A DNA stretch of 2,437 bases, from the IMG/VR virus record IMGVR_UViG_2061766007_000442; one strand, 5' to 3'. The notes under the pieces were generated by a model. That model was not told the origin of the DNA and made no database searches. It saw only the letters and a list, made by a program, of their open reading frames with translations. The stretch is from an uncultured virus (IMG/VR IMGVR_UViG_2061766007_000442) (lineage: Duplodnaviria > Heunggongvirae > Uroviricota > Caudoviricetes). Positions 1-2,437 of the stretch are shown piece by piece. The stretch's first letter is position 1. Every line of letters starts with the position of its first letter. A program made the translations under genes and the position numbers.

Positions 1-1
1 T

Positions 2-274
2 ATATATGTTAATAATCAAATGTATCATGCGGCGATAGGTCTTATCCAAGAAGCTTTACATAATTCAAGACGTGAATATTATTGAATGGAAGATGCCTTA
101 GTATGGACATATCCATTATATGATTTACTTGGTTTTGCTTATTTTTCGTTAGGTGATTATGAAAATGCCGTTGCCGCATCCACTGTTGCTCTAGAATTTG
201 AACCTTCTAATAGACAATTAAGACGTAATCATACTAAATATACTGGTTTATTAAAACAAAAACAGAAACAATAA
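2..274 (+). CDS. 5'-truncated TPR-repeat protein C-terminus containing an in-frame TGA (83-85) read as sense; possibly the TPR tail of a GT2-type glycosyltransferase
   Basis: Frame 2 is open from the window edge: IYVNNQMYHAAIGLIQEALHNSRREYY[TGA]MEDALVWTYPLYDLLGFAYFSLGDYENAVAASTVALEFEPSNRQLRRNHTKYTGLLKQKQKQ-TAA (90 aa visible). 'LGFAYFSLGDYENAVAASTVALEFEPSN' fits the TPR consensus (LG..Y..LG.Y.EA......AL...P.N), and the upstream 'Y.NNQMYHAAIGLIQEAL' looks like the preceding TPR helix pair. There is no Shine-Dalgarno before ATG 86. The glycosyltransferase link is recalled resemblance only, since no catalytic domain lies in the window. Confidence 0.75.
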
Positions 275-282
275 GGGGGTGA
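272..282 (+). promoter_or_regulatory. Shine-Dalgarno for gene 2, overlapping the TAA stop of gene 1
   Basis: TAAGGGGGTGA matches 10 of 11 bases of the extended SD consensus TAAGGAGGTGA and lies 9 nt before GTG 292. Confidence 0.85.
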
Positions 283-291
283 ATATACGTT

Positions 292-902
292 GTGTCTCAA
301 CCCACAGTAAAATTTTACACGGGTCAGGAAATTGATATAGATAATAAAGAAATAGAAAATGGCGCTATTTATTTCCTCCCTTATGATAATGATAGAACAA
401 CCGTGGCATATGATATGAATAATAATAGATATTTTATAGATTATCCTAATCTTGTAACTATTAGTGAGTTAACTACCACTTGAATTCCAAAAGCTGGTGA
501 AATTGTTATTGTTACAGATGCCACTATTGAAGATGGAAAGCCAACTCCATATGTAAAAATTGGAAATGGAATTACAAATGCTTTAGCATTNNNNNNNNNN
601 ACAATGCTATCTCACAAGCAGCAAATGGAACTACTGTTACTTTTAGTGGTTCATATGATAAAGCTACTGGCTTTAATGGTACTGCGGCGACAATTTCTGT
701 AAGTGGTACTTATAAAGAAGTAGATGNNNNNNNNNNACCATATATAGGTGATGATACAGAGATTGCGGAGTTGCGGCAGACCGTGCAAACTCTAAGAAAT
801 GAGTTTGATAATCATAAAAATGATGGTTTAATACATCATAGATTACAAGTACAAGACACAACATATATTATTTCAAACGCCCCACAATTACCAAGTGAAT
901 AA
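292..902 (+). CDS. Putative phage tail-associated protein of about 154 aa (join 292-590 + 737-902) with an Mtd_N/hyaluronate-lyase-N-terminal-like motif and an in-frame TGA at 481-483
   Basis: GTG start with a strong SD. After TGA 481 the frame continues IPKAGEIVIVTDATIEDGKPTPYVKIGNGITNALA to the N-gap. Joining tt(589-590) to a(737) gives TTA-CCA-TAT, i.e. ...KIGNGITNALALPYIGDDTEIAELRQTVQTLRNEFDNHKNDGLIHHRLQVQDTTYIISNAPQLPSE-TAA(900-902). 'P..GE...D...KIG(D/N)G.T....LPY' is the motif pattern of the Mtd_N-like domain of phage tail fibres. It is followed by a short coiled-coil-like segment and an H..D...H motif common in fibre proteins. Confidence 0.8.
601..726 (+). repeat. 126-bp near-duplicate of 1434-1559, bounded by 10-N gaps; probable misplaced scaffold fragment or allelic variant
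   Basis: Ungapped alignment at offset 833 gives 119/126 identity, with mismatches 601 a/g, 602 c/t, 621 g/t, 626 t/c, 632 t/c, 656 t/c and 676 a/g. It is flanked by N591-600 and N727-736. Confidence 0.95.
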
Positions 903-909
903 GGGAGGT
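900..909 (+). promoter_or_regulatory. Shine-Dalgarno for gene 3, overlapping the TAA stop of gene 2
   Basis: TAAGGGAGGT, with core GGAGGT at 904-909, lies 10 nt before ATG 920. Confidence 0.9.
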
Positions 910-919
910 TATAACGTAA

Positions 920-2349
920 ATGCCTAATTATATTGATCATATACAAGTAGGTAGTGATACTTATGATATACGTGATGCCCGTTTTAGCGATCATGATATT
1001 GTAAAACCTTTAAATTTTAGAGGTGTTACTGATACAGCTGGATGGCCTGTAGATGGTGCTACTGTTACAGAAACAGCTACTCCAACATATGCTGAAGGTG
1101 ATGTTATTATTAACACAACAAGTGGCAAAGAATTTGTTGTTGTTAAGGATGATGATACTTTAAAATGGGCTGAATTTGGTGATGCTAGTGACATGGGTGG
1201 CACCGCATTAGATTATGTTACTGCTTCTGGCGCTTTTACACCTGCGGGTAATATAAGTAACTCTAACACAACACTTACTTCTACTGGTAGCTACACTCCT
1301 TCTGGTAGTGTCACAACTGCTACAGCTACATTAACTTCAACTGGTAGCTATACACCTGCGGGTAGCGTTGCTATTTCACAGCCAACTGATGGTACTACTG
1401 TTACTTTTACTGCTTCTTATACACCCGCAGGTAGTAATGCTATCTCACAAGCATCAAACGGAACCACTGTTACTTTTAGTGGTTCATACGATAAAGCTAC
1501 TGGCTTTAGTGGTACTGCGGCGACAATTTCTGTAAGTGGTACTTATAAAGAAGTAGATGGTACTGGTGAATTTACTGGTACACCTGGTACAGTTAGTGTT
1601 TCTGCAGAATATCAACCTGCTGGTACTATTAGTGTTGTTAATCCAACAGCATCAATTAATAAAGTAACAGCGGTTTCTACTGCTTCTATTGGAAAAACAA
1701 CTGCAGTTAGTACTGGTACTATTTATGTTCCTAATGTAACAGCTACTGGTACATTAGTAACTAATGTAACAACTGCCGCGGCTACAGTAGTTTCAGAAGT
1801 TTCATCTGTAAATACTAAATCACAGACAGTTGTCACTGGAGTTCCTACAACTTCTATTAATAAAGTTACAGCTGTTAGTACAGCAAGTAAAAATGTAGTT
1901 TCTAGTGTTTCTACTNNNNNNNNNNNNNNNNNNNNNNNNNNNNNNNNNNNNNNNNNNNNNNNNNNNNNNNNNNNNNNNNNNNNNNNNNNNNNNNNNNNNN
2001 NNNNNNNNNNNNNNNNNNNNNNNNNNNNNNNNNNNNNNNNNNNNNNNNNNNNNNNNNNGACTCAAACAGTTGTTACCGGTGTTACAACTGCCGCACAGAC
2101 TGTAGTTACTGGTGTGACTACTGCGGCTCAAACAGTTGCTACGGGCGGAAATACTGGTACGATTTATGTTCCTAATGTAAGTGCAACTGGTACATTATTA
2201 ACTGGAGCAACTACTGGTAGTGTTAATGAAGTTACTGCGGTAGATACAATTAATACAAAATCTCAAACAGTTGTTACCGGTGTTACAACTGCCGCGCAGA
2301 CTGTGGTTACTGGCGTTACAACTGCTGCACAAACAGTTGTTACTGGTCA
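920..2349 (+). CDS. Thr/Val/Ser/Gly-rich repeat protein, probable phage tail fibre or adhesin; 3' end not resolved
   Basis: Long ORF with a strong SD. A non-repetitive N-terminal region (IDHIQVGSDTYDIRDAR; LNFRGVT...DG...EGDVII...KEFVV...WAEFGD) resembles motifs I recall from gut-phage virion proteins. It is followed by YTPAG-type repeats and then 11-aa beta-rich repeats. The same frame and repeat type continue after the 143-N gap. The ORF-track ending at 2395 depends on crossing the 10-N gap at 2350-2359 and is not trusted. Confidence 0.75.
1235..1630 (+). repeat. Intragenic [F/Y]TPAG-type repeats, 19-23 aa period
   Basis: Anchor aromatic codons lie at 1235 (FTPAG), 1292 (YTPSG), 1349 (YTPAG), 1418 (YTPAG), 1487 (YDKATG), 1544 (YKEVDG) and 1610 (YQPAG), giving spacings of 19, 19, 23, 23, 19 and 22 codons. 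TLTSTGSYTP(S/A)GSV occurs twice and AISQ...GTTVTF..SY occurs twice. Confidence 0.9.
1643..1915 (+). repeat. Degenerate ~11-aa repeats with a 201-bp duplication
   Basis: PTASINKVTAVSTAS (1643) and PTTSINKVTAVSTAS (1844) are 201 bp apart. The block TGTIYVPNV.ATGTL.T...NTKSQTVVTGV at 1712 recurs collinearly, without indels, at 2153. Confidence 0.85.
1916..2058. other. Assembly gap of 143 N inside the repeat region; other gaps of 10 N at 591-600, 727-736 and 2350-2359
   Basis: Directly visible N-runs. Every gap borders sequence belonging to, or copied from, the repeat-rich gene 3. Confidence 0.98.
2063..2349 (+). repeat. 33-bp coding tandem repeat (QTVVTGVTTAA) in two clusters
   Basis: Units start at 2063, 2096, 2129 (degenerate) and at 2264, 2297, 2330 (runs into the gap). 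Positions 2061-2094 and 2262-2295 are identical over 34 bp (offset 201). Differences between full units fall at third codon positions. Confidence 0.95.
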
Positions 2350-2359
2350 NNNNNNNNNN

Positions 2360-2437
2360 GATTTGATAACAATGTTTGTGATGAGCATCTATTAAAAATG
2401 AACGTGTATTTTCTTGTAGTCTCTCTTGGACTAATTT
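2360..2437. other. Unassigned 78-bp fragment after the last gap
   Basis: It lacks the Thr/Val repeat pattern. One + frame and two - frames are open across it (e.g. minus-strand KLVQERLQENTRSFLIDAHHKHCYQI), but it is too short to call. Confidence 0.4.

Noticed and set aside
86..274. Stand-alone 62-aa ORF starting at ATG 86
   Set aside because: It has no SD, and the same frame is open and TPR-like upstream of the TGA at 83-85, so it is better explained as the 3' part of a longer gene.
292..483. 63-aa ORF ending at TGA 481-483, or a pseudogene
   Set aside because: The frame continues with an intact conserved-looking motif and ends at TAA 900-902 next to the following SD. No frameshift or other decay is seen.
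83..483. Selenocysteine at the in-frame TGAs
   Set aside because: Neither context is a redox or Cys-type motif, and I see no obvious SECIS-like hairpin immediately downstream in these AT-rich segments (judged by eye, not folded).
601..726. DGR template repeat / variable repeat pair (601-726 vs 1434-1559), tempting given the length and the Mtd_N-like motif nearby
   Set aside because: Mismatches are not adenine-specific: only 2 of 7 have A in the putative template and none has A in the other copy. Three are synonymous T/C changes. The target is mid-gene repeat sequence rather than a C-terminal lectin-type domain, no reverse transcriptase is in the window, and the copy is bounded by N-gaps.
591..736. 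Intron, intein or mobile insertion interrupting gene 2
   Set aside because: Both boundaries are placeholder 10-N gaps, the content is a copy of gene 3 coding sequence, and no terminal repeats, target duplication or intron structure are visible.
673..864. Minus-strand 63-aa ORF
   Set aside because: It crosses an N-gap joining unrelated fragments and is antisense to the better-supported gene 2.
991..1203. Minus-strand 70-aa ORF
   Set aside because: It is an antisense shadow of gene 3 with no recognisable motif.
1820..2131. ORFs 1820-2131 (-) and 1905-2105 (+)
   Set aside because: They are open largely because of the 143-N gap and overlap gene 3.
2063..2349. CRISPR array (33-bp periodicity)
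   Set aside because: The units are head-to-tail with no unique spacers, have a length divisible by three, and vary at wobble positions, which marks a coding repeat.
1235..2349. Ice-binding or ice-nucleation protein (Thr-rich repeats)
   Set aside because: There is no InaZ-type AGYGSTxTA 16-mer and no strictly regular TxT ladder; the gene context favours a virion fibre.
2350..2395. C-terminus DLITMFVMSIY and stop at 2395 for gene 3
   Set aside because: It depends on an arbitrary 10-N gap, and the composition changes abruptly, so the real 3' end is probably missing.

Overview
AT-rich, gappy (four N-runs) stretch of three co-oriented + strand genes that look like a bacteriophage/prophage structural (tail-fibre) module: (1) the 3' end of a TPR-type gene, (2) a small tail-associated protein with an Mtd_N/hyaluronidase-N-like 'P..GE...D...KIG.G...LPY' motif, and (3) a long Thr/Val/Ser/Gly-rich repeat protein, probably a tail fibre or adhesin. 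The main observation is that the supplied ORF track appears to use the wrong genetic code. Genes 1 and 2 each read straight through an in-frame TGA (83-85, 481-483) at a position where an aromatic residue fits, and both visible true stops are TAA fused to the next gene's Shine-Dalgarno. This points to TGA=Trp (code 4) recoding. Gene 2 is also split by a 126-bp N-flanked fragment (601-726) that is a 94%-identical variant of part of gene 3; removing it restores gene 2 exactly, so it is most likely a misplaced allele or paralog fragment. All family assignments come from recalled motifs, not from database searches.
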